Positions 22,671-35,900 of a DNA stretch of 64,000 nt are shown in pieces. The DNA comes from Cenococcum geophilum (lineage: Eukaryota), in contig CP158636.1 in NCBI GenBank assembly GCA_050273025.1, forward strand, positions 7,750,001 through 7,814,000. Direction: 5' to 3'. The position numbers and the translations under genes were made by a program. The notes beneath the pieces were generated by a model. It was given only the letters and a program-made list of their open reading frames with translations, did no database searches and was not told the DNA's origin. How positions within the stretch are numbered: position 1 is the stretch's first letter; every line of letters begins with the position of its first letter.

Positions 22671-25600
22671 ATCTATCTATCGCAGTCACGTAAGGGGATA
22701 TTTAATTTTTATATAATTGGGAGGCGTAGGGCTATAAGGTCGCTTTAGGGCTAGTTCTTAGCAGTTTTGCTAGTTTCTAGCACTTAAATCTGCTAAGGAT
22801 TTGCCCTAAAGCGGCCAGATGTCCCTGACCGCAAGCCTATAGCTGTAAGACTATCTAACTATAGTGGTCGCATTAAGGCTGGCTCTTAGTGGTTTTGCTA
22901 GTTCCTAGCACCTACTAAAGAATTGCCTTAAAGCGCTATCTATATATAATGCATACTAAGTATAAGGGATAGCGGGTAGGGAAAGTAAATTAACTACGTA
23001 GTAACTGCGTTTAATATTCGCGAATATTATAGGAGGTCTTAGCATTGTGCGTTACTAAGGTAGGTACTGCCAAGTAATATATAGACGCTAGTATCTATCT
23101 ATCGCAGTCACGTAAGGGGATATTTAATTTTTATATAATTAGGAGGCGTAGGGCTATAAGGTCGCTCTAGGGCTAGTTTTTAGCAGTTTTGCTAGTTCCT
23201 AGCACTTAAATCTACTAAGGATTTGCCCTAAAGCGGCTAGATATCCCTAAGCGAAGCTCCTACGCCTAATAAGACATTACCGCATTCTGCCATATTCTGC
23301 TAAATTCTGCCACCTTGTCGCATTCTGCCAAATTCTGCCATATTATCGCATTTTGCCAAGTTCTGCTATATTGTTGTATTCTGCTATATTTTGCTAACCC
23401 TAAGTTATAAGCTAACTAATTAGGATTTTCTATGCCCGGTATAGAAAATCGCTATTAGCTTGCTTACCACTAGTGCCTTAGCGGCCCTCTTAATATTTTA
23501 ACCTACTACCTAATAATCCTTACGCTAAGAGCGGTATACTACGCTAGAAGTAAGAGTTAAGGCAATAGAGATTAGTGGTTTTAGTCCTAATATATAGGTG
23601 AAAGGCTTCTAATAACTACTAACCTAGCTGCTGAATTTGCTAATATAAATACCCTAAATCTTTAGCGAACTGGGTAGCGCCCTGGCGGAAGGAGTGGTTT
23701 AAGTAACTACTTAGGTTAATCCCAGCAGCTACTAGATAGGAGGAAAGGATCTTGCGAACCCCTAAAGAGGTAAAGGGTTTACCATTAAAACTAAATAAGG
23801 GAGAGTTAAGGGGTTAAGGGTCCCTATTAAACAGCTTTATTATAATAGCGACTAGGTATAATAGGCCGCCTACTACCGTAATAGCGACGTTAACGCCCTA
23901 GTGTTGCTTATCGGCTTTACTTTATTTAAGGCGGAATGTTATCCTACTAGGCGTAAAGGTGATATCATATTAAGTGGCCTTTTTTGCTAGGAAGGTCGTT
24001 CGGTTTTTAAGCTTCGCCGTAATATACGTAATCTCGCCCATCCGTAAAAATCTAGCAAATGCGAGGGTAAATGCGGCATTAGTATTAATATCTGGTAGCA
24101 ATAGGCCGTGTGTTACTACCTGGGCTAAAATATCCCTAGTAATAGGTTACTTGTCCTTTTTTACTAAGGGAGATATAGCGGCTACTCTAGTAAGTAATTG
24201 GTGTACTATAGGATCTTTAAATGCTATAATTAAGATGCCGTAATCCACGTGGCGCGAGCGAATTACGGAGATGTAGGCTTATAAGGTTTCGGCCTTAAGC
24301 CTACCTATTTATAGCTAGGAGGTACTAAACGCGCGGCGGGCAATCCATTCGCCTAGTTTACGCGGCTTAGCCAGGTAGGGGGAGACTCCTTTAAGTGCGC
24401 AGTATAACTCCCAGCTATTAACTGCTAAGGAATAGTTTCTATAGGTTACTGGCGTAAGGCCGTTTTAGAGAAGGAGCGTATAGAGGTCGAATAGCGCGTT
24501 AATATTATCTTTAAAGTTTATAGGCGGTTATAAGTAGTCCGTTGGGTTTACGGCACCTATTAAAAACTTATTAGCTTTAGTAGTAATAAATTAAGGGCCC
24601 AGTGTAGGCAGAACTGATAGATAGCCGCGGCCTAGAATTAAGATAGTATATTAGCTAAGCCATTTAAATTACCTAGGATCTACTTTACGGATATTATAAT
24701 ATCGTAAGCTATAGCAGCCAGCATAATCTTACGGAGTAATTTGTTTACTACGCCATAAATAACGGTTTTCTTAATGCCCTGGTAAACCACTATGCTATTA
24801 GTATAAATAGATAGCGCGCTATGCTGCTAGTTGGTAGACTATAGATTAAATGCGTAAGCAATAGCATATATCTCTTTCGGATTAATATGGTCTACTTATT
24901 AACTAGGCTTAGGTAATATACTAAACGCCTAAGATTAAGGGAAGTTAGCTATATACTACTGCTAGTTATCCTTATATTTAAGTTCTTTAAAAAAGTAAAA
25001 GCCGCTAAACCTAAACTGGGTAAAGGTGTTAGTAAAGAGATAAATATAGGCACGCTTAACGTTATTAAAGAACAATACCCCATCACTTGTAGTAAGTAGG
25101 TTAAGCCAGACATATAAGTCACTTCGCAACTTAGTGCTAAATCGCCTAGGTTTATACTTATTTACTAGAGTCTTTGGCTAAGTAGTAATAAAGATCTAAA
25201 GAGATCTAGAGTAAGATTAACCGAGTTTAATTATATAGGCGTATTATACGAGGTAGCCCGCAAGCTACTAGGCTTAAAGGAATGATAATAAGCCGTATTA
25301 GAGTGCGGTAGTGACTTTCTTAATAGCATATAATTGTTTCTATGGTGATAATTGCGTTTACATTTATATGGTGTTAATAGTATATTCTAGAACTTTAATA
25401 ATAGTTCCTACTATATCTTTAAAGCTATTTTAAGGAATACCTAGAGAGTTAGTAACAGAGATATAAGTCTAGGTAACAGCCGCTAAGTTATTTAGGTTAG
25501 TAAGAATAAAAATAAAGTTATCTAGGTAGTGTTTTACCTCGTAAGGTAGTTATAAATAGAGTATCTAGTGCAGGCCTTCCGCGAAGAGGTTAAATATAAG

Positions 25601-27481
25601 CAGCGCAGTTTAAAGACTAAAGGATAGGCAGTATTCCTAGTAGGTAACACCTTCCTAGGAGAAGCCTATTAATATTCTTACCCTATAAGATAGGGGGACT
25701 ATATAGAACGCATCTTTAATATCTCTTTTAAGTAGCAGATATCTATAACCTACAGAAATAACATGGGCTTAAATAGCGGTAACTATAGTATATACTAGTG
25801 CTCCATATTCTTCTAGGATTGCGTTATTAACTAAAGATATTAGTAGAAAGGAGAGATTGTAAATTTGGCGGTATCTTCTATCTAATTTTGGCACTAGGCT
25901 AAGAGGTAAGACTATAATAGGCCCTATCGCGATTCTAATATGTCCTTTTTTAAGGTCTAATATTATCTTCTTAGAGATAAGGTTGGCGTTATTCTAAGAG
26001 GAGTTGTGGTTCCTACAAGATCTTAGGGTAGAGATAGACTCGGCTCCTATCTCGCAGCTATAGGTTAGGATGCCTACTAAGATGGCTAGTAAATTACCTG
26101 GGTAGTTAGATAGAAAGGAGTGCCACGCTAAGATCCTTAGGGGCGATAGAGAGTGGTAGAAAGCTTTCGCCTCTATAAAGGTAGGGAATAATAGTAACGT
26201 ATTAGGCCTAGGTCCTAGGCATATAATTAAAGTTAGTGTTATTATTAGGCTAGACCCTACTTTATAAGGTTCGCCTTACTATTCCTAGGCGTAAGCTTTA
26301 AATAATATAGTATAATCTTTACCACACTTTAAGCACTTATGCGGGTATTTATAAGCTATATTATCGCAGCCTCTGCTATTAAACCTACGGCAGGTATTAG
26401 AGGTATAGGAGGTATCCAACCTAGGTCTCTTTAAGGCAGCAAAGCCGATAGCACTAGATATTATAAGGTATGGCGCTGTATACTAGGCTGGCATTTGCCA
26501 ATTAGCGGGCTTTAGTTAGCCATTGGTTATTACAAAGGTATAATAGTTAAGTGCTAAATCAAGTATATAATCTACTTAGATATACTAGGTTAATAAGGTA
26601 CAAATTATGTTTATCTAAAGAAGTATACTAGCGATAAGGTCTAGCGGGCATATATAGAGAGTGCCAGTAATAACCACGTAGTTAGTAAAACCTTTAAACT
26701 AGACACCTTTATCTATAAATAGCTTCCTATCTACCTTTGCCTTCCTTATAACTAAAGTACCATTCTTAATCCGTGTCTTATCGGCGATCTTAATTTAAGC
26801 GGTATAGACTTAAAGACGGGCGAGGTTTACTAGATCAAAGGTACCCTTAAAAATGTCTAGGTAATCCCTTTTTATAACGCTAAGAAGGCGGAGTTTAAGC
26901 AACTTTATGCTAGGAGGGAGAGGCTCACCAAGGACATTAGCTATAGTAGCTGTTATAGTGGCCTATAAGGCCGAAGTGGCTAAGCCTAACTATAATTAAG
27001 CTATTTAAGCCAGGTGGTATTTATGCTGGTAAGCCTCCTCCGCTAGGCGGGCTTCGCGCTCTTCCTTATACTTCTAGATCTCCCTTTTATCTCGGGCTTG
27101 TTCCCTTTACTCTTTAGCAATTTCGCGCTCTTCTATGGCAGCGGTGCGTATATTAGCCTTGGACGGCATTATAGGACTAATAAAGGAGGGTGTAGCGGTT
27201 ATAGACGATGGTATAGTTAAGGTAGGTCGTCCAGGTAGGTTTGCTTATTAGGATTATGCACGCGTACAAATCTCCCAGTTGGTTATAAGCGGTAATAGCG
27301 TTATAAAATAATTCTTAAACAAATAGATAATAAATATATAATAAATATTAATAAGTTTAACGATATTGAAAGCGAATTAGCTACGTAGTGACTGCGTTTG
27401 ATATTCGCGAATATTGTAGGAGGTCTTAGCATTATGCGTTGCTGAGGTAGGTGCTGCTAAGTAATATATAGACGCTAGTAT
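22671..27481 (-). mobile_element. Ngaro/DIRS-group tyrosine-recombinase retrotransposon with split direct repeats A1-ORFs-B1-A2-B2
   Basis: A repeats 27376-27481 and 22988-23092; B repeats 23093-23248 and 22671-22826. gag Zn finger CRRFNSRGCD...HKCLKC (~26320-26395); RT HYLDNFIF (~25510-25531); YR FLRMGEI, SKADKQ, HSFRQGA, LG**..AFHLYI (=GRW...Y). Confidence 0.92.
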
Positions 27482-27508
27482 ATATATATATATACGTTAA
27501 AAGGCGTT

Positions 27509-29310
27509 TAGCTCGGTCCTACTAGTAGCAAACTACGCGTTGCCAATATAGTACCCGCTTATAATATAAGAGTTAATATAGCTCCTCTAGTAAGCGCAGA
27601 GGATTACGGTATAAGCTATTATTAGGGGGTTTCGTACTATCGCTCTGCTAATAGCGGAGGTAGAAGCCGGCTTACTCCCTTTTAAGTAAAGGCTATGTAA
27701 CTAGGCCGTCGCGTTCTGGATGTTAATCTATAAACTAGGCAAATTATATCCTTATTAGATAATTTAAAGACAAAGGCTCTATAGACGGCACCAGTCGCTA
27801 CTCTAGAGGACAGTAGAGATATATAAGGATGTCTAGGTAAATAGGGTGCTAGAGGTTAAACCGTATATATACCTACCGTAGGTAGCTAAGCCTAATATAG
27901 TAATATATAAGGACGAAGAGCATACTTAAGCTATTATTAAAGACTATAAGCTAGGGCAGATTAACATATACGTTAATATATCAGTGCGTAATAGTAGGGT
28001 AGGAGTTAGCGTGTATACTACACTATCTAAAGCAACGCTTTTAAAAATGGTGGTAAGCTTTAATTAGGCCGACGCTTACCTTATAAAGCTTCTAGTAATT
28101 AGCGAAGCAGCTAACTAGCTATAGGATTACGTATACGGCTATTAACTAAGTAGGTTTTCCAATACCTGCGTCTAATATAAGAATATTCTCTAACTTGTAA
28201 TTAGCGTTACTATTAATATAGAGCTAGAAGGCTAGAGCCTACTAAGAAGTAGTTACAAAGATCTTAAAGAAGCTTTAGCTAAACAATGTTACGCTATACT
28301 AGATTTTAGGCCACTTAGGATTTATAGGAAATAAGAAGGCTAATAAGCTTACTGGGGTGGTGATGGGACTGGGGGGCGGGGGGCCACTGTGGGGAGACGG
28401 CCTTTTATAGTACCTTGTGACGCAAGCCTTAAAAAGAGCCAAAATAACAATAGGACTGCTTTTATTAGGAAGATCTAATACAGGTAAGTTTATAAGGAAG
28501 ATTAATATAGCACTCTACCTTAGAAAGGCTGTAGGATTATACTAGCAGCTAATTAGCTTAGAAGCTACTATTCTTATATAGCTATGGACCAGTAAGTCAT
28601 TTCTAAAAGAATATCTCCACAAAATTAATATATTAAAGACGGTGTTATACAACTACGGGCTTATAGAATTAGTATAGCACTTCCTCTTCTCTTATAGGAG
28701 GTGGGTATAGCAGAGGATTAAACTAAGAGAGTAATATAAAGATCAATTTAGGGATCTATTATATACATTAGGAGGCTACTTACGTAGACAAAAAGAAGGC
28801 AGGAATATTAACGGCCTAATTAAGCGCTAGAAGCCAGATATTAACGTAGTTAAAACTATAATTAAATTTATAAAGGAGACCGGACGTTTATACTTAAGTG
28901 TACAAAATATAAAGAGTATAAAAACCGACATTAATAAGTAAAGACTTTTAAGAATTCTTTTAATTATCTAACTAAATATACCGCGAGCCTCCTCTATACG
29001 TGCCTCTATTAGTACATCGCCGATTAAAAAGCGTATAACGCTAAAATAACCCTACGGACATAAGGCGTCAAAAACTACCTACTTAGGCTCGCCTCTAAAC
29101 TCCGACTTTCTTTATAGTAACACATTACTTTCCTTTATTTTTTCCTTAGTTAAGTATAGTGTTAGGTAATAGATATATAGTTCTTATAGTTAGCTTCTAA
29201 ACTAGAGTAAGCATATTAATAGTAGGAAGTATTTAGTTAGCGCTCTATAACGGCCTATACCCTAGATAGTATATAGCTATAATAGAATATATATATATAT
29301 ATATATATAC
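27509..29310 (+). mobile_element. 5'-truncated Tad1-like LINE, copy 2
   Basis: Colinear with ~20890-22670; ends in a (TA)n tail. Confidence 0.88.
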
Positions 29311-29323
29311 GTTAAGAGGCGTT

Positions 29324-29393
29324 TTAGCGCTCCGTAACGGCCTATACCCTAAATAGTATATAGCTATAATAGAATATACATACATATATATAT
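29324..29393 (+). mobile_element. Extreme 3' fragment of the same LINE, copy 3
   Basis: ttagcgctccgtaacggcctataccctaaatagtatatagctataatagaatatacatacata matches the 3' ends of copies 1 and 2. Confidence 0.85.
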
Positions 29394-29518
29394 AATCCAC
29401 CATTTTTTAGCGGATAAAGAAGTGAGAAAATGTAACTCAAACTAAAGCACCGCCGCACCACCACATTTCTGCTCTTGTTAAAGTCTTAATATAAGGCCCC
29501 ACTATTAAATCTAAACGC

Positions 29519-29805
29519 GAGCCGTAGTTAAAATAGGGAGGGATAAGATTATATTCTAGGGATAAAGCGAATCACGCCGTGCTATAAGGCAGTAAAGGCT
29601 TAGCGCTATACGGCTGAGGGATAAAAAGTCACGAGTGTAATTAAGATACCCATTCTTAGATATATTTAAAGCTCTTAAAAAGAACACGTTACTAATAGTA
29701 AGGCTGGTTTAGGTACTATAATTAGACACCTAGCACTTAACTAAATTTAGTTAAGTAGAAAAAAGGATCCTAGTTAAGAAGCAAAGGAAAACTTCTAATG
29801 GCTAC
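29519..29805 (+). repeat. Dispersed repeat X, copy 2
   Basis: Similar to 5996-6272. Confidence 0.8.
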
Positions 29806-29999
29806 GCCTTAGTAGAAGCTAGTTTCGCGGAACTCTAACGCTTTAATTTAATCCCTATATTAGTTGCTATTTAAATCTACTAGCAGCGCCGCAGAAGCTT
29901 ATTTAGGCGATAGCTTTTAGAAACTAAGCTCTTAACTAAGTATTAACTTTTAGAAATAATGCCTTTGACTATTTATTAGATTCTAGAAACTATAAACGC

Positions 30000-32900
30000 T
30001 ATAGTTTTTTCCCATTAGGGTCTCAATTTAACTTATCTATTTCTGCTTTAATTATTAGGGGGTATATAAAGCGTACCACTACGGCGTTAGGGAGTTACCT
30101 ATACTTTTTAGGTCGTGCCCTTACTTTAAGTCTTACTAATAGTATAGAAGTCGTCCAAATTTTAGTAAGTTATAGTGTCTACAGATACCAGTAGTCCACC
30201 TCCACAGTTCTTCGCTACTATAATAGCACTATCCCCTCCCTTATAGTATTACGCTATTTAGTAACCTCTCTTCTAGCAAGAGTGCTTAAAGAAGAAAGCG
30301 CCTAAAAACCCCCTAAAATATCCTTATTTTATATAGTATCTAGCTTACTTAGAGGCCTTTTACCTCTATCCTTAGGTGCTTTTAACTTTTACCTTTAACT
30401 ATACGTTTACTAGAAGCACCTAGCCTACGTACGCTAAACGCAGCTATTTTTTAGGGACCCTTCCCCTACTAGGTTTTACTATTAACTAGGATTAATATAC
30501 TCTAAGCCTAGTTATTAAAGTATAACGCTGCGCTGCTCTAAACTAATAAAGATAAGAAAGAGAGGGCACTAATAACCTTAAGTACGCCTTATTATGGGTC
30601 CTTAGATATATCTAGGACGATTTAACTAGTCCTATAGCCGTCCTTAAGTTTATTCCTTAGCGCCACTCTTCTATAACAGGCCTTTTCTTTAGCCTTTTAA
30701 ATATGGCCCGCTTAGTTCCTTTAGTTATAAAAGTATCTAGAGTATTATCTTGTAGATCTAACTAACTATTATATTCCCTAAGTAGAGATATAGAATTAGT
30801 ATTATATTTTAAGAGATAATAACTTTCTAACTCCTATAAAAGTCTAGAACCCTCTAGAAACTATAGCTCTAATTACTGCGAACCCTTAAAATCTAAATTA
30901 GGGGGCAACTTATTAATAACCAAGCAGAGTTTTTTAAAGTAAGTCGGCATCTATATATTATAGACATTCTTAGTAAATTTATACGCTATCTATTTTTCTT
31001 TTCTATCTAATTCTGTAAAGTTAAACGTGCGGATTAGGTAGCGGTAAAAGGTAGTCTTAGGCCCATTAATTACGGGGTAGTAGCTATATATTCTTACGGT
31101 CTAGTGATTATATAAGATTAAGAAGGCGAGAATTTCTTAGTAGAGCTCTTTTTCGCGCTTTATAAGTTGGAAGAGCTTAATAATACCTCTTACTGCAAGA
31201 GTTATACTATAGACATTTTGCTAGTCCGTAATATTAAGTGCTGTAGCGCTATATTTAACTTCGTACGTTAAGAATGGGAGGTACTAATAGTATATAGCTA
31301 TAAAGAAGGAGTTGTCCGTAAGCTCGCTAATAAAGGGCTAAAGCTTGCTAAGCCAATTATCTATAAACGCTTCTTGCCTAAGTCCTATAGTATAATTGGG
31401 CTACGGGCGAGTCTAAGTAATAAAGATTAAATTGTTCTAGCCTTTATTAACGCTTTTAACTAAGTACTAAAGAGAGGTGGTGCTGTATATAGCAAGGATT
31501 TCTGTAGAAGAAATAATTAATTAAGTAATATCTTAGATAACTCTAGCCTTGTTCCTATTTCGCATTTTCTAATAGGCTAATTTAAAGAGATTATTACGAA
31601 ATAATATATTATGAGGAACCGCTTACTCCTTCTTAAGTAATTTTTAGTAAAATGCCTTATTTAGATCTATAATACCTAAGTCGGATTTATCTATATGGCT
31701 ACCTTTGGTTATAAGTAGAGTTTTATAATACGCGTTTTAGTAGGGGGCACTTTTAACTTCCCTAGGCTTTTAATTGCTAGGTATAGTAGAGCTAGGCGTA
31801 ATAGAGCTAGCTTTTAATCGTTTCCGGTAAAGAGAAGATAACGATAATTTCTTCCTCGTAAGTAGATATTTTATATTATTATACTTTTTAAAGTATTCTT
31901 TGGGCCAAGTTCCTTCCTTCCTCTAATAATTAATTAGATTAATCTACGTGTCGCTAATAATGCTTACTACTTCTTAGCCAATTATACCTTTAATAGTAGC
32001 ATCTGTAAGAGACGTTCGCGATTGTTACGGCACTGACCTGACGCATACTGTTTCATACTGTCTCGTACTATTTCCTACTGTTAGCTGGCCCCCCCCTAGT
32101 ACCTTGGCGGCCGGCCCTACTATTTATATACAATACCCCCTTTCCACCTTCTTCTCCTCTTTATACCATAACGTAGTTATTTAGTCTACTTTATTGCAGC
32201 ACTATAACAGTTTATAGTATCTCTAATTGCACCCCGTCGCGATCTTTATTTTTCCCAATCTACTATCTCCGTTTTCCCAGTACAATCGCGACCCGGTGTG
32301 ACCGATAATACTATACCACAGTCCTAGACAATCTCAGTATAGTCTCAGCATAGCCTTAGTATAGTCTTAGAAATCTTAGTATTATAGTTAGCCTTATAGA
32401 TTCCGATTGCCTTACCCAGATCTCCTAGAATGGGCGACTATAATATAGACGACGTCCTGCTGATGAACCCTCACGAAGCGCTCGCTCGCCTCCTTGACAC
32501 CTCCTATACTAATATCGCCTAGGTAATTAGGAACGGTCCTAAATACCTAAAGGACCTTAATGTGGTAGGAACCTTTTAGTAACTCTCTATATATACAGCC
32601 TTCTTAACCAGTATTAAGAGCGGCCTTTAAGCCGTCTATAGTGAAGGCTAAGCTATAAAGTCCTAACTTGAAAAAGCTTAATATAGAATTAACTCCCTTA
32701 AGACACTTAAACCATATATTAAATAATGCAAACAGTAAGCCCTCGTATATACCAAGACTATATAAAACCTAAGCTCTTAGATTAATACACTTACCAAGAC
32801 TATTGCCGACAAGAACCCTACTACTAGCTCCCCTCTTTTAACTAAGCCCTATAGAAAAAAGCGTAAAGCAAAAGATCTAACCCCATTTAATGGTAAGGGA

Positions 32901-35900
32901 TCACTAATTAAAAAGTAAGAAAATTTTAAAATATAGGAAATAAAAATCTAAGGCATTTTTTGGAGGGATATAAAGTGCTTTAAGACCCTAATAGACGAAA
33001 TCCTCTATATGTTAGACATGCTAACGGATAAGGCTTATGACTATATTAAACATGGCCTTAATACGCTATATATATACCTAAACAACCTAAGCAAATAGAC
33101 CTTTTCTAACTAAGAGTCTATGTTTATATATATAAGAGGATACTATAAGACCATGGATATAACCTAAGTGGCTAAAAATAAGTTAGATACCTTAAGCCAA
33201 GGTAAGCGTAACTACTAGTCCTAAAAAGTAGAGCTTAATAAGTTAATAATTAAAGCAAATAAGACTAAGGAACAAAAAGTGGATTTACTTAAGAAGAATA
33301 TTTCCTCTAAGATAAAGGACCTGGCCCTTACCCTTAGCTATAAGATTAGTAATACTAACTATAAAGGCTAGAGTAAGTAGATGGATGTGTTCGCTTATAA
33401 CCTATAGAACTATACCTACTATACTAAGTTAAATACCGCTAAGCTAAGTACCGCTAGCGGCTATTAACCCGTATTATTATAGAATAACCTAATAGACCTA
33501 GACGCCGTTAAGTTCAGCAGCGGTAGTAATAGCCTCCCCAATAACGTCTGAAGATATTATATAAATAATAGACTCTGTATGGCGTGTGGTTAACCTAGCT
33601 ATTAGAAAGATACTTATAACCCCTAGTAAAACCCAAATCCCCTTCCAATACTACCGCGCTAACCCCCCCCTAGCCGCGGCGGATTCTTTAATAAAGGGGA
33701 TAGTAATTAAGGCGGTAACTATAGATAAGGACGTAGGTTCGGATACAGAAACCCACCCCCACGATTCCCTTCCCCAACGTAGCCCTAGCCAATAGTCCCG
33801 TATACAAACTACGGATAAGTACTTCGTGTCACTACTAACCGCGAGACCGGCTATGTTATTAGCGAAGTACCCCCTAGTATATATACACCGTTAGAGACCA
33901 ATACGTTAGGATATACTAGCTAAGACTATAGCCACTAGCTAAGCCCTATAACGCAGCTATTAAAAGGCCAACCCTTAGACTAAGTCGCCTCTAAGGGTTA
34001 GAACCATATAGGGAGGAGGATAAAAGGATTAGATCTATGCTACTAGATTAGTTAAACCTTATTCTAAGCTAGCTGCTATTTAATCTTAGAATAGTAAATA
34101 ACAATAGAAATTCTATCCTTATTTAGACTTACCTCTCCTTACTACGTAACCTACTCCTAGAAGTTCTTATTAAAACAGTAAGCCTTATTAATAGTAGTAG
34201 TATAGCACCAGCGTTTATAGACGAAGACTCGCTTATAAAGAAGCATAATATTATAATAAAAAAACTCCTAGTCCTAAAACCACTCCGCCTCGCCAATAGA
34301 CTCCAATCTAGCTTTATTACCTATTACTTTATAGCAAAAATAATAATCGGCCACTATATAGAATTTATGCTTTTCTACGTTATAAAGTTATTACCCTCAA
34401 CACTAGTAATTCTTAGAATGCCCTAGCTTAAAAAGCACAACCTAAGTATAAACTTCCCCATTTTAGGGCTTAAGTTTAACTCTAATTACTACGCATATAA
34501 CTGTCTCCTATGGCATATCCCTAATTATAACTAAGTAGTACTATACGGACGTATTACATAGCTAACGCTTAGATACTATTAGCTAATAGTAGAAGAGGTA
34601 CTTAATACTAGTAAGCTAATATACATAGTAAATAAAATAAAGATTCTGGAAGACTAGATTACTGCCCTACCCCTAAGAAACACTGCCTTACCCCTAAGAA
34701 TATAAACACCGCTAGAACTATAAGTCCCCTATATATACCCGCTTAACCTAGGCCAGCTAATAAGATACCCAACTCTAAGTTATTTGCTATATGTATATAT
34801 AACCGCGCGTATAACAGCTAAAGGCGTTATAGCTAAAACCGAAACTAGAGCAATTAAAACCTCCCCCCTATAACGCCCAACCTTATATCTATCTCCCGCG
34901 CATACCGTATAGGGCCGCCGCCGCGTTTCCGCCCCCTGGGGTTAACCGAGCTGCGCTAGCCTAGCCGTAGCACTAGAGAGCCAAACACGCCCCAAACTAG
35001 ACGACATTAGATATACTTATGCCGTTAATTTTACTTAGTTCTATAAACAAAAAGGTATAAAGGTAATAAGGATCTATATAGCGGAGCTAGTAGAACTAGT
35101 TAAATAAGAAGAACACTAATAGCTGCTTAAAGAGCTGCCTATAGGCCTAATAGAAGTACTAAACCTATTAGAAAAATCTTTCCGCTAGCTAGTAGAGGGC
35201 GACTATACAATAAAAGAAGCCCGTAAAGCGCTACCCCTTTATTTTTATAATTTCCTTAAGACAAACCTAAAAACTAAGCCTAAGTCTCTACGCCAGAAGA
35301 TAGTTAATACTAATATTAAAAAATTCCTAAAAGGCAAACTAGGATTAACCCGTAAAGACATTTTATAACGCTTACTAAAGGAGTTCCGTAAACATATTAA
35401 GCACTTTTTCCCTAAGAACGTAGATAAGCTGCCCCCTTACCGACCATAGGACCATAAAATTAAGGTTATCCCTAGAAACTAGGCCCCGTATTATAAAAAT
35501 AGACCACTCTTACCTGCTAAACTTAGGTGTGTAAAAAAGTGGATTAATAAGATGCTAGATAAGGGTTTTATCCGCGAATTAACTTTACCAGCTGCCGTAC
35601 CACTCCTCCTCGCTACTAAGCCCGGTGGTAGTATACAAATCTACTATAACTACTAAGGCCTAAATACAGTTACTATTAAGAATTAGTACCCACTGCTACT
35701 AATCTATAAGACACTTAACGCACTTTATAGTGCCAAGTACTTTACTAAACTTAATATAATTGCTATATTTAACCGGATCCGGATTACGGAGGGCTATAAG
35801 TGGCTTATAGCATTTATTACCCGGTTCGGACTCTATAAGATGCTAGTTATACTATTTAGCCTCTATAACGCACCCACCACGTTCTAAAACTATATTAATT

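Noticed and set aside
23470..24600. Tyrosine recombinase as a Starship captain (DUF3435)
   Set aside because: It is short, lies downstream of gag and RT/RNase H, and is bounded by split direct repeats, so it is the Ngaro integrase.
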